From assembly GCA_002633005.1 (NCBI GenBank), contig NMRA01000148.1, positions 620,001-684,000 of the forward strand: 64,000 nt of DNA, given 5' to 3'. The notes under the pieces are model-generated. The model had not been told where the DNA came from and did no database searches. It saw nothing but the letters and a program-made list of their open reading frames with translations. Each line of letters starts with the position of its first letter. The first letter of the stretch is position 1. The position numbers and the translations under genes were made by a program. This DNA comes from Phoronis australis. Taxonomy: Eukaryota > Animalia > Phoronida. This document shows, piece by piece, positions 49,986 through 63,599 of this stretch.

Positions 49986-52499
49986 ACTTATATTCATTAG
50001 GTCACGTGATGTGGCCAAAAGCTGGCGTGCTGACGGAACAAAATGTTCGTAACACATTTCCACGCCATATTGAGATAGATATTGATATAGACTATTGCTG
50101 GTCTCCTACATGCCTGCACCCAGGGGGGATCGGGGCGAAGTGGAAAAAAAGTCCGCCTCAGAGAAACAAAAAGTCCGAAACGTAGAAAACGAGACAAAAG
50201 TTCACTAAAAAAGCAAGAACTACCAAAATTCGGCAAATTCATAATTCATAGCTCTGAATGTACCCCGTGAAAGGTCCACAATCTCAAAAATTCGAGCCCC
50301 CCTATTTTAGGCCCTGGTGGCAGTTATAATTAGATTTCTTTACTGAAATTTCATGAAATTTGGCCAAAACATTTCCATCGAGGAAACGATGGCACATGTA
50401 TGTTTGAGTACGACCTTTCAATATTAATCAAATATTCTGTAACGATACTTTGTTTTCTGGTTACTGTTGTACCTGAGAATGACTTTTGATTAATATCGAA
50501 ACGTCGTTTACGTGGAGCACTCTAGCGTCGTTTTTGTATTCCACATTTTCTTCTAATTTGGCCAAAAACTAATAATGTTTACATGCACGTTTGCGAATGA
50601 GTCTAACCTGTGGTACCACATCAGTGATAGATTTAGCACTTTGGAAACCGTTCTTATGTCTAAGCTGCGTCCCCCCGCTCAGCTGCCAACTGATACTGTG
50701 CCCTGGTACCGTACACTTTATTACCTGATAATGATTACATAAAATATATAAATTCACTTTAATCTGAATTTCGTCGTTTTTACAAGATGCTAATTGTTTA
50801 ACTGATTCCACTCAAACCTGATTTTGTCACTTGTTGTCACGCTCCCACAAGAGATAAAAATGACATCTCTTAATAATATCAGCTTATTAATATTGGACGC
50901 ACGTGTTTCAAAATTTTATTGTAACTAAGTGATCTCAGTACAAATCCATACACAAACTAAAATGATCCTAGCAGCCTTTTGCCACAATAAGTAAGTTAAG
51001 ATGTACTTTGGAAAGTTTCAGCAACACACTCAGGTTGAACCAAGCTCACGTTGAGTATGAAAGTGCATAATTGTTACCATGGCAACTGAGTATCATAAAA
51101 TCGTTCCTCCTTAAACTAGTATTTGAAAAGCATGATAATGGAATATATGAAGCTATGAGGCAGAAGGGTTCGAGTAAGCTTCACATTTCATAACCCTAAT
51201 GTAACCCATCAAGTAAGATTTTTCACGTTTTGTTGCTTTAATATATCTTGAAGTAGAAAGTAGCTAAGTTACAAAACAAAATCAAAATCATAATTTATGC
51301 ATAAAATCAAAAAAAGATGTGCTTCCTATTGTGACACATAATCACACCTTGAACAAAAGCTGACTTTCAATCAAAAACGATTTCAAAACAATTTCAGCTG
51401 TATTTTAGCAGAGTGCAAAGTCAACTGAATGGGCAATTCACACTGAAATAAATAGAAGATTCCTAATAGTTATGACGCAAGCCCCAGAAAACTGTAAAAA
51501 TGCCTTTTTGTAGCAGTGTGTCTACAAATGTATTATAGTTAAATCTTCACAGATGGCAGTGTAGCCGATTGAACATGGCTTTCAGTTCAGAAAAGTTGCC
51601 ATGTTGTCCAACGTGAATTGTGAGCATTTTAACAACTCAGTAACTTACAACAGCATGATTAATTCTGGTGTAAACTCTTGTACTGTACATAATTTTAGGT
51701 AAAGTAAGGACATGTGTCACTAAATTTTACGACTAGAATATTTGTGAAAATAATGTTTAAGCGTTTTTAAGCTCGTAACTTATTTCGCTGACATCGAAAA
51801 ATGGCCGATCAGATCAAAATAGCGAGTCAAAATTTGACACATAGAAAGCGATATCTTTTGAATGGACCATGCAATTTTGATAATTTGATTTTTGAATTTT
51901 AGACATCGTTGCATTTCCTATGACTTAAGCTTTTGTCTTCAAAGAGTGTCAGACGATTGACTGTGGGTTTGTTTAAAAGGTAGCTATGCTTTGAGATTGT
52001 GCGTAGATGGAAAGTGAATAATCAAATTCAGTAATTAATTTATTATATGATAACCCATAATTAGACAAGTGAAACCTATTGTTAATTAAGTAATCAACTA
52101 CAAAGAGTAACTACGCTAGCGCCAGATTTGCAAAAAAACTAGTTGGTTGACAGTACTTTTGGACCACATTTTTGGAATCGGTAGGAAATTTGCTTTCGGA
52201 ATCTAATGTTGGCTTTAGTCGAGCATCGGCAGGAAAGTGGTGATTTTGGGGTGAAAAGTGCCGATTTTGCAATTTTTTGCCCTCATTTTTCTTAGTTCGG
52301 CTTGGTTTCCACTGGGAGTGAATGGGTCAAAAATACAAGAGAGAATAAAGTTTCTGTGCTCATCTGTAGGGCTTGTGATGTGAAATGACTCAAAACATTT
52401 CCTTATTTGCATGTAGTTTTGGACAAAGTGAAGAAAGGGTGAAGAGTGCATTGACGTGTGTTCTGACAGGCAAACCCCTGTGAGAACTGTTCTGTGCCC

Positions 52500-52912
52500 C
52501 CTAACCCTTGCCCTTGCCAAGATCCTTTCTAGAATCTTCCACGAGATGGCTCTGTTGTACAATTGCCTTTGTACACTGTAGCAAGTCTTTATGCTTCAAC
52601 TACTATAGCGCATCTAATTATCTTGTTGATTTCAGCCCATAATATAACATTCTACTTATTTAGTGATTGGCTAATAAAAACCACATGATCATATCCACTC
52701 ATATTATTGGCTGTTACAACTTGTTCTCAAATATTCTAGAATCTCTAGAGTACTTTGACCCCAGAACCCAAAGTTGTAAACACCATCTAAAAATAGATTT
52801 TGACGTTAAAATACATGTCAACAAGTCTGATCCCATGATTTAAAAGTACATATGCACAAATTTTGGGCAACTTAAAATGGATCTATTCTTACTAATTACT
52901 TAATCAATATTT
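52500..52912 (+). repeat. ~400-bp dispersed repeat, copy 1 (inverted copy at 56030-56423)
   Basis: taacccttgcccttgccaagatcct...ttaaaatggatctattcttactaatt is the reverse complement of 56030-56423. Confidence 0.8.
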
Positions 52913-54865
52913 ACTCTGACAAAGAGTAAAAAATAATTTTCGGTTCGGCCACTTTATATAGTCTCGAACCCTTAATTCAAAAGAACTGTTTATAAATAAA
53001 AGCTAAATTGGCTGGAAATATTACACAAATCGTAATATTTCATTAAAAATCATTCCTGTCAGCCTAACAAATTGTCTTTAAGGGCGTCAACCGTTTTGGC
53101 CATTAGCACTAGGTAAATATGTCATCACTTGTGCCTGCGAAACATCTGACCCACAGTCAGTTGTGAACGTGGGTGAAATGGTAATATGGATATGTTAGAC
53201 AGCATTATTTTCCCTAAAATGGTGATTCACATTAATTATTTCTTTTTGAAGCCATTTTAAATTTAATGAAGTTACAAAACATTTGTTTAAAAATTGTAGA
53301 ATACAAAACATTGGGTCATTTTAGAGCAAAAAATGAAGAAAAAACATTTGAGAGATTTTTAAAATTTGTTTACAAATCCAAGATATATTCACAGACATGT
53401 CCAAATGTCCAAAGCCCCGCTTGTAGAAGACCGTGAGTGACACCCACTTTTAACACTACAAAAAGTGCTTCCGGATTTATCTCCCCTGCCACGTGATGAA
53501 TGCAGCGAAATGTTAAGTATCAATTTTATGTGGTATTCCTCATGTCCCATGTCCACGTACACAAAGTTTAAGCTGAATTTGAAAGATGACCACAGAGTGA
53601 TTTTTTATTTCTTTTGATTTCCTGGTGGAATGTCTCTTAGTTGGGATCTCGAGATCCCGAGATTATTAAAAAAGAAACGAGTGATGACATCTTTGGGTCA
53701 CCGTATGATGCCGTGACAGTAGTGGATATTTTTCAATTGAAAGTAAAACATTGATACATATCTACATGATGTACGAGTGTATTTATCTAAAATGATTAAA
53801 GAAATAACGATGAAACACAAACCGTACACAATCCTCCAAAACTGACACAAAATCTCCATCGCCGCAAATGTGTCTCTAGTGACATATTTTGTCGATGAAC
53901 AATATTTTTATCTATTTTTCAATTACAGTAGAATTTTGTAATTACCTAAAGCATAGAACTCTAGACATGGAATACATGTTTTATGTGTTTGTAAATTATT
54001 CTCTTATTAATATGTTTTTCTTTATTACCATATGTTTTTGTTCTTGTTTTTTGTTTTCTTTACTTTTAGTGTTTTGCTCAATATCAACAGCAACATCCAG
54101 TAGGCATGTAATTTAACTTGTAATCACAAGAAATCCTATTGCATCGTCTGCAGTTGCAACATCACCAAGTCACGTGGGTACTTTATCACCCTTGCGCCAC
54201 CTTAAGAACGTTTTAAAACTACATTTTTTCTAATAACTCATTAAATAAGTCATTGCTTTATAGTTAAACCGTGGATATAATGGTTAGTTTTATGGGCTAA
54301 ATATTTTTATTTTAATGTATTGTCACTTATTGTGTAGCAATAAAAATCTCCCGCTCGTGACCTATGTATTTTAGAGCGAAGATGTTAGGTCTTTGGTTAT
54401 AGCTTGCAACCCCATTCTAGACGCGAGAGTTTGCACTGTGAATTGTCTGGTTTTTATCGAGTGTTGTTCTTATCAAATCAAGCCTACTTTCATTGCTTCG
54501 TTTCCATTTTTTCCAATTTTGTTCATCAAGCGAGACTCTTGAGGTACGGTTCCTGACAACTGGCGATTTCTCGGCAAAACTAGTCAGCAAACCCAACTGG
54601 TCATCCTTTATACGCACCGACCTGTGGCTCTGGCTGGCCTCTGGTTTCTTAGCTCCAGTCTTTGTACCACTTTCAGCAACCTATCAAACTACATGCTAGG
54701 AGTGTTTCAGCATGCTGGACGTTACGTTAAAATAATGTAACAGTATTTTACGGAAAGAATTTTCATGTGGTTGCTGAGTGTTTGTTCTGCCGTTACAAAG
54801 CTTCGGCCTCAGTAACAGGTGTGTTTACGTAACTTTCGAAAAAATACTCGTATTTGCGCAGCTAA

Positions 54866-54924
54866 GTGTGTGTGTGTGTGTGTGCGTGTGTGTGTGTGTG
54901 TGCGTGCGTGTGTGTGTGCGTGCG
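54866..54924. repeat. (GT)n/(GTGC)n microsatellite
   Basis: Directly visible. Confidence 0.95.
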
Positions 54925-55544
54925 CATATTATTACTGTTTTCAACTGTTTATATAATAATTCAATGCAATGTTTACCTGTTGCCAAGATATTTTTTGTTA
55001 ATTCGATTTCTAGGCAGTAATGTTATCTGTAGTATTTACCTATACCGTGAAATAAAATTAAAAAACGAATAGTTTACCTTGCAAAAGAATCCAATCTAAT
55101 ATTTTGTGTTGCTGACAGCGTACATTGTGCTTGCCAATTGTCCCGCTTTTGTCGGACTGTTCCACTTTGTTTTTTCCCTCAATTCCGCCCCATCGTCAAT
55201 AAATCTGTATTTCAACCCACGGCGAAATTAATACATTATCTAATACTGTTGTAATTTCCCACCCGTCATAGCCATATTTTCACGCTAAAAATAGAAAACG
55301 ATATGTTTTATAAGTTTTTTTGCGGCATCCGCAATTTCCCGGTCGGCTAAAAAACGACGTCAGGAACTTTTAAGTCTTAAGTCTCCATTTTAACAAAAAA
55401 AAAACTGTCAGAACGTTTTTGTGTGTTACGGCGAACATTTCACCCTAATTGCGTTTTGGCATAGACCCATATGTCCCGCTTTTTATCCGGAAGTCCCGGT
55501 TGTTAATCCGGTGGTACCGTTTTTTCATTCTCGAAGTACCGTGA

Positions 55545-55830
55545 TAACTATGCAACAGGTGTTCAAAATAACATTGTCTCTTTGTTATGAATACTGGTAT
55601 TTTCCACTGTCCACTTTCTTTAATAACATGACAATCATAAAAAATGTGTTCCAATTTCTCTTGTTTACGGTAACACAAACTACGTATATCATGATCAGTA
55701 ATTTTCATTTTCTGAAGACATTAGTTATTTCTAAACTTTTATGGAAAGTCCTCCACTGCCTCCAATGTAATGAGCTATTCACGACACATTTCAAAGCTAC
55801 ACAATAGATGTTTGCCCATTTTCTATCCAT
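55545..55830 (-). mobile_element. LINE 3' (zf-RVT) fragment
   Basis: Minus-strand frame SLCYRKQEKLEHIFYDC resembles a decayed zf-RVT motif. Confidence 0.5.
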
Positions 55831-56029
55831 CAGAAAACCTTTATCCGCAAAGTTCGGAGAGGAAGTTGGAGTAATTAGTTGATCACAGTCTTTGTAAACA
55901 CCATTGGATCCATAATTTTTAGTGAAGAATGTAACTGTACCAAACGGCACCAAAGGTCCAATTAATGCACGTGAGTGATCCATATTCTAAAATATTTGTC
56001 TTTTTAGGATAGAAACCGTTTTTTCAGAA

Positions 56030-56423
56030 TAAATATTGATTAAATAATTAGTAAGAATAGATCTATTTTAAGTTGCCCAAATTTTGTACATATGTAGTTT
56101 TAAATCATGGGGTCAAACTTGTTGACATGTATTTTAACGTCAAAATCTACTTTTAGATGGTGTTTACAACGTTGGTTCTGGGGTCAAACCCCTCTACAGA
56201 ATCTAGAAATTTCTAAGAACAAATTGTAACAGCCAATGATATGGTTGGACATGATCATGTGGTTTTTATTAGCCAATGGCTAAATAAGTAGATTATTATA
56301 ACTTGGGCTAAAATTAAGAGGATATTCAGATGAGCTACACTAGTTGAAGCTTACAGAGGAAATTGCACAACAGAGCCATCTGGTGGAAGATTCTACAGAG
56401 GATCTTGGCAAGGGCAAGGGTTA
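56030..56423 (-). repeat. ~400-bp dispersed repeat, inverted copy 2
   Basis: Reverse complement of 52500-52912 with scattered substitutions and one indel. Confidence 0.8.
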
Positions 56424-57079
56424 ACGAGAACGAAGTTAACTAAGAGCTTGTCACTTGATATTTTAATTATTTTCTTCCTAGTTTAATCAGTCATTTATAA
56501 CCTCTCTTTTTCATTTCGTTTTATGTTGCTATTACACCCTGTTATTTTTCGCATTTTAGTAACTCTCTTGGTTCTTAGAATTTTAATTCTGAAAACCCAG
56601 TGTGTTAATAAAAATATTTTTAAAGCTGTAATTATTTATGAATTAAGTTATTCATCTTTTGCTTCCGTTATAATCATACACCATCAAGAACTGACAGTTT
56701 TTTAGTGATATGACTCTGATGGAATTCGGTTGAAAAACGGCGGAGTTGCGCAAAATTTAATGACAGAAAATGCCAAGGAAAGAACCAATACCAGAACAGA
56801 TGAATGCAAATCTCACGCATGCGCGGCACAATCTCACCAGCGCGAGATCGAAGTTGGCATTCCAGGGCTAGAGTTCTATGCCTAAACACAGGAATAATTT
56901 CTCTCTAAGTGTGTGCTCAAAAAAGAACATCCTAGTCAAGAATAAAACTATATTATATACCAGTATTTTACATTAAGAGTCAGGAAATCCGAACAATGAT
57001 TCTTTAATATAATATGTATTTGCATCCATTAAAAATTGATTTTGCCAACAGGATAAGCTAATCCACAACGTACAGTGGT

Positions 57080-57490
57080 CCAAAGCTGACATTGAAAATG
57101 TAACATTACGAAAAAATCATGTTTCTCCGCACCACGGAGAAAACCTTTCCACCGCGTAGCAACTTTTTCTCTGCAGTAAAAAGCTTTTCTCCTCGGAGAA
57201 AACCTTTCCGCCGCGGAGAAAAGTCCATAGCGGAAAAGTTTTATCCGCGGCGGAAAGAATTCTTCCGCGGAGAAAAAATGTTTACCGTAAAGAACGTTTT
57301 CTAAGCGTCGCAAAAGTTTTTTCCGCGAAGATTTTTTTCCGTGAACAAAAGTTTTCTACGCTGCGGAAAGGTTTTTCTCCGCGGAGAATTTTTTCCGTGG
57401 AGAAAAGTTTTCTCCGCGGAGGAAAGCTTTGCCCCGCGGAGAAAAGTGATATGTTTTTCGTAATGTTATTCTTTCAATGTGATCTTTGTG
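57080..57490. mobile_element. Foldback MITE built of ccgcggagaaaa/ttttctccgcgg units
   Basis: TIRs acattgaaa..taacattacgaaaaa and tttttcgtaatgttattctttcaatgt; absent from the first copy of the duplicated block. Confidence 0.8.
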
Positions 57491-58657
57491 ACACCTTAAC
57501 AATCACGTATGTATGTCAGTCTCAAGGACCTCGTTGCAAAATAGCACAAAGACCACGACTAGCTACGCCTCGTATATCACTTGGTTGGAATAAGTTTGTA
57601 AATCAATCTGAATAAACCCAATTTACTTGAGTATTTAGATCATGCCTAAATCCATTTGACATTCTCATCATTCACATAAGTAAACACAAATTCAATTTAT
57701 TCCCTGAAAAGGGTCGAATGTATGCATTATCGACAAAAATCTTAAATCCAATAACCCTTTTTCGTGAATACTGTGAGTAATAATTTCACAAGTATGAGAT
57801 ACTACAGGAAGTTCAAATGCAATTTGTCGATAATCAAACCTGTCTTTTACTTTTGTAATTACATCAGGGACAGCTAATATAAATTCTGTAAAAAATGGAC
57901 GGAGTCTCTCAAGAATACAAAATCCGTAATAACCAAGAAGACTTCTTGAAGAATGAATTAAACCTGTGACGATATGGAAATCATTTTTTATGAGAAACAT
58001 CTTTGCTATTGATAGCATTAGATTCACTAAGCCATAACGATTGAAATTCCGAGTCCCTATGAGCACCAGATCACGCATAGACGTTAAAATGTCCTACTGA
58101 AATGTTTTTTTTTTGACTTGAAGAAATATGTGTCTAAAAGAAGAGGTATCAAATTTTAAAAAGTTCGAAATATATTGTCCAAGATAACTTTAGCGCACGA
58201 TACTGTATCGCTATGGGATGAAATTTTCCTTATCCAACTACATTAACGTTTATAAATTGACTTGGTATCGACGTTTGACTCGAGAACACGGACAGAGGTA
58301 AACGCACTATACATCCATATACGTTTTTTGGGTGCTTCAAAAGCACTGATCAACTGCATCGCATAGCATATAAATAAGTATCCAACATAAGTTCTTGTTC
58401 AACTTGCTCGGATTTTTCTCTACTGATTACATATGTCAGTGCTTTCTGTGCTTTTGTTATTTTAACGACATTCACAAAACAAACCTATACCTTTGCCAAT
58501 AAATGGCAGCAAGCAACACGTACACTCCTTGCAATTTAGCCCTCTCGCCGCTGTCATACAATGAGTTGAATGTACTGTTTAATCACTCGTTGCTTAAATC
58601 TCTATTCAAGTCTTCCCATGTGCACGTTCTGAGTATTTCCCTCTCTTCGACTTTGCT

Positions 58658-60538
58658 TTAAAAGCCGTTTATAAAAGCTTCGACATGCGAGATCGCGTTG
58701 CTTGCATCGGAGTCTCTTTCGTTTTCAGGACGTGTGTCGAAGCTTTCATGCACATGCTCGGTTTGTGAAATGCATTCCATACTCGTGTCTTGATGGCTTC
58801 TTTGCGCGCCACTCGCGTCATTTGCTGAAGTTTGATTATACTTGAGGGAGCAGCAAGATTTTGGATCAATAGCTGAGAAGGTGTACAGAATGGGATTAAT
58901 AGCAGAATTGATAGGCATGACGAACACCGCTATCCAAGCTGACACCTGGCGGCTGTTGGTGACCCCTGATAGAGCAAGTGCGCCGACTGTGCAAATAGGA
59001 ACCCAGCAGAAGAAATCAGTTAAAACAATCAAAACCAGACGTTTTGCCACAGCCATGTCTCGTCTAGAACTCTTTCGCTTACTCTCTAATCTCTGCCGTC
59101 TGACGCTGACATAAATATTAGCGTAGCCGGCCGATATGAAAGCGAAGCAAAAGAAGTTGAAAGCAATAAAAATGACCGTTGAATAAATCCAGCCCTGTGA
59201 GGATACATTTCTTAAGGTAAAGGGTAAGCAGACGGACGTTGTTCCTAAATAGTCAACTCCGTATAATACCAGAGGTATCGCCGCTATGGCACAGCAGACA
59301 ACCCAACCAATCCCCATGATGCAGCCAGCTGATTTCTTTGAAAGAGGGGCGACTTTAAAGGTAAAGATCAGGACAAGCACTCTATCCAGGGTGATTGTAA
59401 AAAGAATAAAAACAGTCATTTCGCATGCAACTGTAGAAATAAATCCTTGAAACTGACACAGAAAACTTTTTTCCAGTTCTTATCGTAGTCGGATAAAATT
59501 TACCAAAGCTGTAGAAGTATTGGTCAGCTGAAGAAATGACCATGAGTTAGATACCCATAATTAAGTCAGAAACACTCAAGTTGAGAACCACGAAAGAGTT
59601 AACATTTTGGCACTCTGCTTTTAAACGCCATATGATGACGGCAATATTACCAACAAACGCACAAGATCCAATTACCCAAATAGCATATCGAAGGAAATGG
59701 TCTGCTAGCATGTCATCACAAGCGTCCAGTTGCCATATAGTGTTTCCTTTCAAATTGAGAAACAAAAGGTTTTGTAAATCTTCGAAGGCAAACGATGGGA
59801 TTTGCGAAAGGTTATTATAGGAAAGATCGAGAACTGAAAGAAGACTGTATCCTTTAAATGTCTGAGTAGCAAGGTCGAGGCGGTTGTGCCTGAAGAAAAG
59901 AGTCCGCAGTTTTCTGGAGTACTTCGGAATATTTTTCAAACTAGAATTGTCGCAATTCATAGTCAACATATCACAAACACATGGCGACGGGCAGACGTCT
60001 GGTAAATTACAGTATTTCTCATCGTATCCGTCGACGCAGTGCGCATACCAGTCACATACCAGTTCCTGGTCAATACAGTACCTCTGTCCGGGACATCGTA
60101 GGAAACCTGGGCAGGCGTACGTGTTGCAAGTGACTTCGTTCTCGCCGTTCAAGCAGTCCAACGTTCCATCGCATACTCGGTGAGGGTATATGCAGTATGA
60201 ATCGGGACATTTGAACATCCCAAGACACTGAAATTATGAGCAGTTTCGAAGGTGGCTGTAATCGCGGCAACCGTCAACGACAACTGGCAAATAGGGGTCA
60301 AGATCGTAAATGCACGCCATCTGGCGTTTGAAGCATGCTGAATGTTCGACCTTGCAACGGACCTTGCTGCTGCTGTCACAATACGGCCTCAAGTAGTTAG
60401 CCTGGTTGGATTCGAATTCAAGATCAACACCATTGCTGCCACCCAAAACTCCCCGGAAGAATTCACCAGACATTTGTTCATCCTCCGCAGTGAAAGTTGG
60501 ACAATCTGGTATTAAATCATGTTTACGAGATGGGTGCA
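58658..60538 (-). pseudogene. Pseudogenised, truncated duplicate of receptor exon 3
   Basis: Highly similar to 39001-41067. Lesions: CAA>TAA at 60234-60236, TAC>TAA at 59547-59549, small indels near 59461-59495, an in-frame 249-bp deletion (junction 59722/59723), and loss of exon 2 and the exon-3 acceptor. Confidence 0.9.
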
Positions 60539-60823
60539 TACAGAAATGAGAGTTTATACACAAAATTTTACTTTACCGCTCAAGTAACTTTATTTACGGT
60601 CTACGAAGCTCATTATATGCTAACTGGAGTCATCTCAGAGAGGGAAAGCATCAAGTAATTTTGTCGCGTCGTTAACTGTATATCGAAGTTATTTTGGGAG
60701 ACGTCAAAGGAGTAAATAAAATTTACCACGTTATTGTCTCTTAAAATTGCAAGAAAACAAAGTGTCAAATGAAGTGGAGTGAAAAATTAAATCTTCCGGA
60801 TACTACAGAATGGTGGTAAAATG

Positions 60824-63516
60824 GGATTGCTCTAAAAACCTCTCGACCCCCACACCCCAAGACCCCCTCGACCCACGACCACCTCGACCCTCAATCCCTA
60901 CGACCCACAACCCCTTCGACCCACGACATGTGGCAATAAATGTATTTTTGCGCTTTTTATATATTTCATAATCATATTACGTCGCTGAATGACTTTCCCA
61001 TAAGACTTACCTACTCGCGAATCTGCCCTGAGTCAAGTCTGGTGGTTAAAAGCAGAAATTTGCGTAAGAACATGATCTGAAATAGCGAATTGTGAGCGTG
61101 GTATCGTTGCACGGAAATAGTTCCACGAGAGGCTACCAATGGCCCTGTTCTACTAAACTTGGTGAGAGAATTGTTTTACATTTTTATTATTTGCTTTCTG
61201 TTGTATATTCGTTCACAAACCACTAAACTTGGGGAGAGAGTACATTACACATAATTTTACATTTTATTATTTGCGTTCAGTTAATCGTTCACAAAAGACT
61301 CCATCTAACGTTGAGATACTTTTTAGGTAACAGTTTGTTTTTTTCAAACTGTATTTATTAAAGAAATTACATACTCGTCGGTCCCTTGCACTCTCCCCAA
61401 AAAGTTTGAATCCGCCATTCACTGAAGAGCAGACGAGGCGATTACACTTTGCCGGGAACGACATTTGTAACGTTGTTAGGTTTTTTATTTGATTTGGTGG
61501 CGTTCTTTTCTCTGATTTTGGATTTCAAACTTGCCGAATCGACTCTCCTAATAGAAAAAATAAGAGCAGCGCGGAGCGTTGAAATGTGCCCACGAATGGA
61601 TCGCAAAGGGTGTGGTTTTAGGGTTGTTTATTTGTGTCATTGAAAAGGACCACTAGATGGCGCAAAAACGTACAATCCATCCGAAAATGGGAACATGTCA
61701 TAGCTTTTTTAATAGAAAGCTATTCACCAAATTTCATAATAGAAATCTGTAACGGAACTTCAGAAAAACAAATGAAAACGGAATAAAATGAAATTCGCCA
61801 CTGAAGGGCACAGTGTTCATTGGATCCGCCTGAAAGTTGTCATTGTCTGTTGTTAGCATCATATAAATACACCTACTAAATTTAATAAAGATCCAGCTGT
61901 GGGTTTAGGAGATACATCTATGGGCGCAAAACAAAACAAAACTACCATTGGAGACGCCACAGTGGCCAAAGTCGTCATCGTCAGCCATCCTCTTCACATT
62001 GAGAACATATACGCCAATTTTTAAAACCATCCTTAGAATGATTTGGTTGATAGAGGGGTGGACGCCAAAAAAAAGACTCGAAAACAGCAAAAAATGGCCA
62101 CTAGGTGGCGCAAAATACCTCGATTCCATCCGAAGACGGGAGGATAGCGTCATCTCATCCATAGATGCCTGTATTCAAAATTTTATGAAAATCCGCTGAG
62201 GATATTTGAAGATGCAAAGGTAAACGTAAAATCTAAAATTGCCCCCACGAAAGTCGTCGTTGTTGTTTGTCAACATCATATAAATACACTTGTTAAATGT
62301 AGTAAAGATCCTGCAAACGGTTTAAGAGATACAGCCATGGGCGCAAAAACGATACTTCCACTAGGAGGCGCCACAGTAGTTGAAGTCATCGGAAAATCAT
62401 CGTCAGCCGTCCACTTAATAGTAAAAACATACATGCCAATTTTCACAATTATCCTGAAAGCGGTTTGGTTAGGGTGGAGGCCAAAAAGCAGACTCGAAAA
62501 TGGTATAATTGCCACTAGGTGGCGCAAACTAGGTCGAATCCATCTGAAAACGAAAAGATAGCGTCACCACACTAACAGAAGCCTGTACTGACGCCAAATT
62601 TTATGAAAATACGTTAAGGACCTTTGTAGATACAGATGTTAACGTAAAAAAATAAAATTGCACACCAGTAGTCAAATCTGTCTGAAAGTCGTCCTTTATC
62701 AACATCATATAAATGCACTTACCCGGTACTAAATTTAGCAAACGGTTTAGGAGATACAGCCATAGGCGCAAAAATACAAAACTGCCACTAGGAGGCGCTA
62801 CAGTAGTCGAAGTTGTCGGAAAATCATCGTCAACCGCCCTCTTTGTAGTAAGAACGAACATGGCAATTCATCACAAGCATATTTAGAGCGGTTTGGTTGA
62901 GGGGTGGACGCTAAAAAACAGACTCGAAAACAGTAAAAATGGCCATTAGGTGGCACAAACTACGTCGAATCCATTCGAAAACGGAAGGATACCCTTGTCT
63001 CACTAATGAGATGCCTATATGCCAAATTTTATGAAAATACGTTGAGGACCTTTGAAGATACAGAGGTAAACGTAAAAAAATAAAATTGCCACAAGCGGGC
63101 ACACCAATAGTCGGTTCCGACCGAAAGTTCGCTCATGCCGTCCCATTCATGAAAGGAACACGTGTGCAAAATTTCATGAACATGCATCAAACGGGTTTGG
63201 AAATAACTAAGCAGCGGACGCTGGACGCCGGACGGAGTCCGCCCAGACGGACGGACGGACGGAGATGACGGCATAATGCGTCCACATAAAAATATGTGGG
63301 CGTATAAAACAGGGAAAAGACAGCCAAGCTCACGGCCCAACTCTTTGGTCCTGCATGTCAGCGCTTGTTCTATGTTCAAATCGAGTCGAGCTTGTAAAAA
63401 ATGGGTCAAGGGGTCGTGGACTGTGGGTCGAGTGTGTCGACGGGGCCGTGGGTCGAGGGGGTCGTGCGTCGCGGTGGTCGTGGGGTGTAGGGGTCGAGGG
63501 GGTTTTAGAACTAGCC
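60824..63516. mobile_element. Mutator-like element with (cgacccc)-rich TIRs, hosting nested insertions
   Basis: Left ggattgctctaaaaacctctcgacccc; right ggggtcgagggggttttagaactagcc. Candidate 9-bp TSD ggtaaaatg (60815-60823) and ggtacaatg (63517-63525). A left-end remnant also lies at 44362-44670. Confidence 0.6.
61560..63310 (-). mobile_element. Full-length HINE/DINE-1-like element with (GTCC)n microsatellite and tandem array
   Basis: Minus strand starts ttttatacgcccacatatttttatgtggacgcat (hairpin), then ccgtccgtccgtc and multiple ccactagg(a/t)ggcgc units; it ends gtgggcacatttcaacgctccgcgctgctctt. Confidence 0.75.
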
Positions 63517-63599
63517 GGTACAATGTTTTTCTTGCATCTCTTCATTCACTGAAGATGTTTCTCTGAGATGGTTCCAATTTAGGCTGGTTCATAGAATTA

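Noticed and set aside
58658-59419. 253-aa ORF as an independent functional GPCR
   Set aside because: It begins inside TM3, and the upstream sequence has stops and frameshifts; it is a fragment of the pseudogene.
63029-63566. 164-aa Pro/Arg/Thr-rich ORF and overlapping ORFs
   Set aside because: They span transposon TIR repeats and a (GTCC)n microsatellite; not a credible gene.
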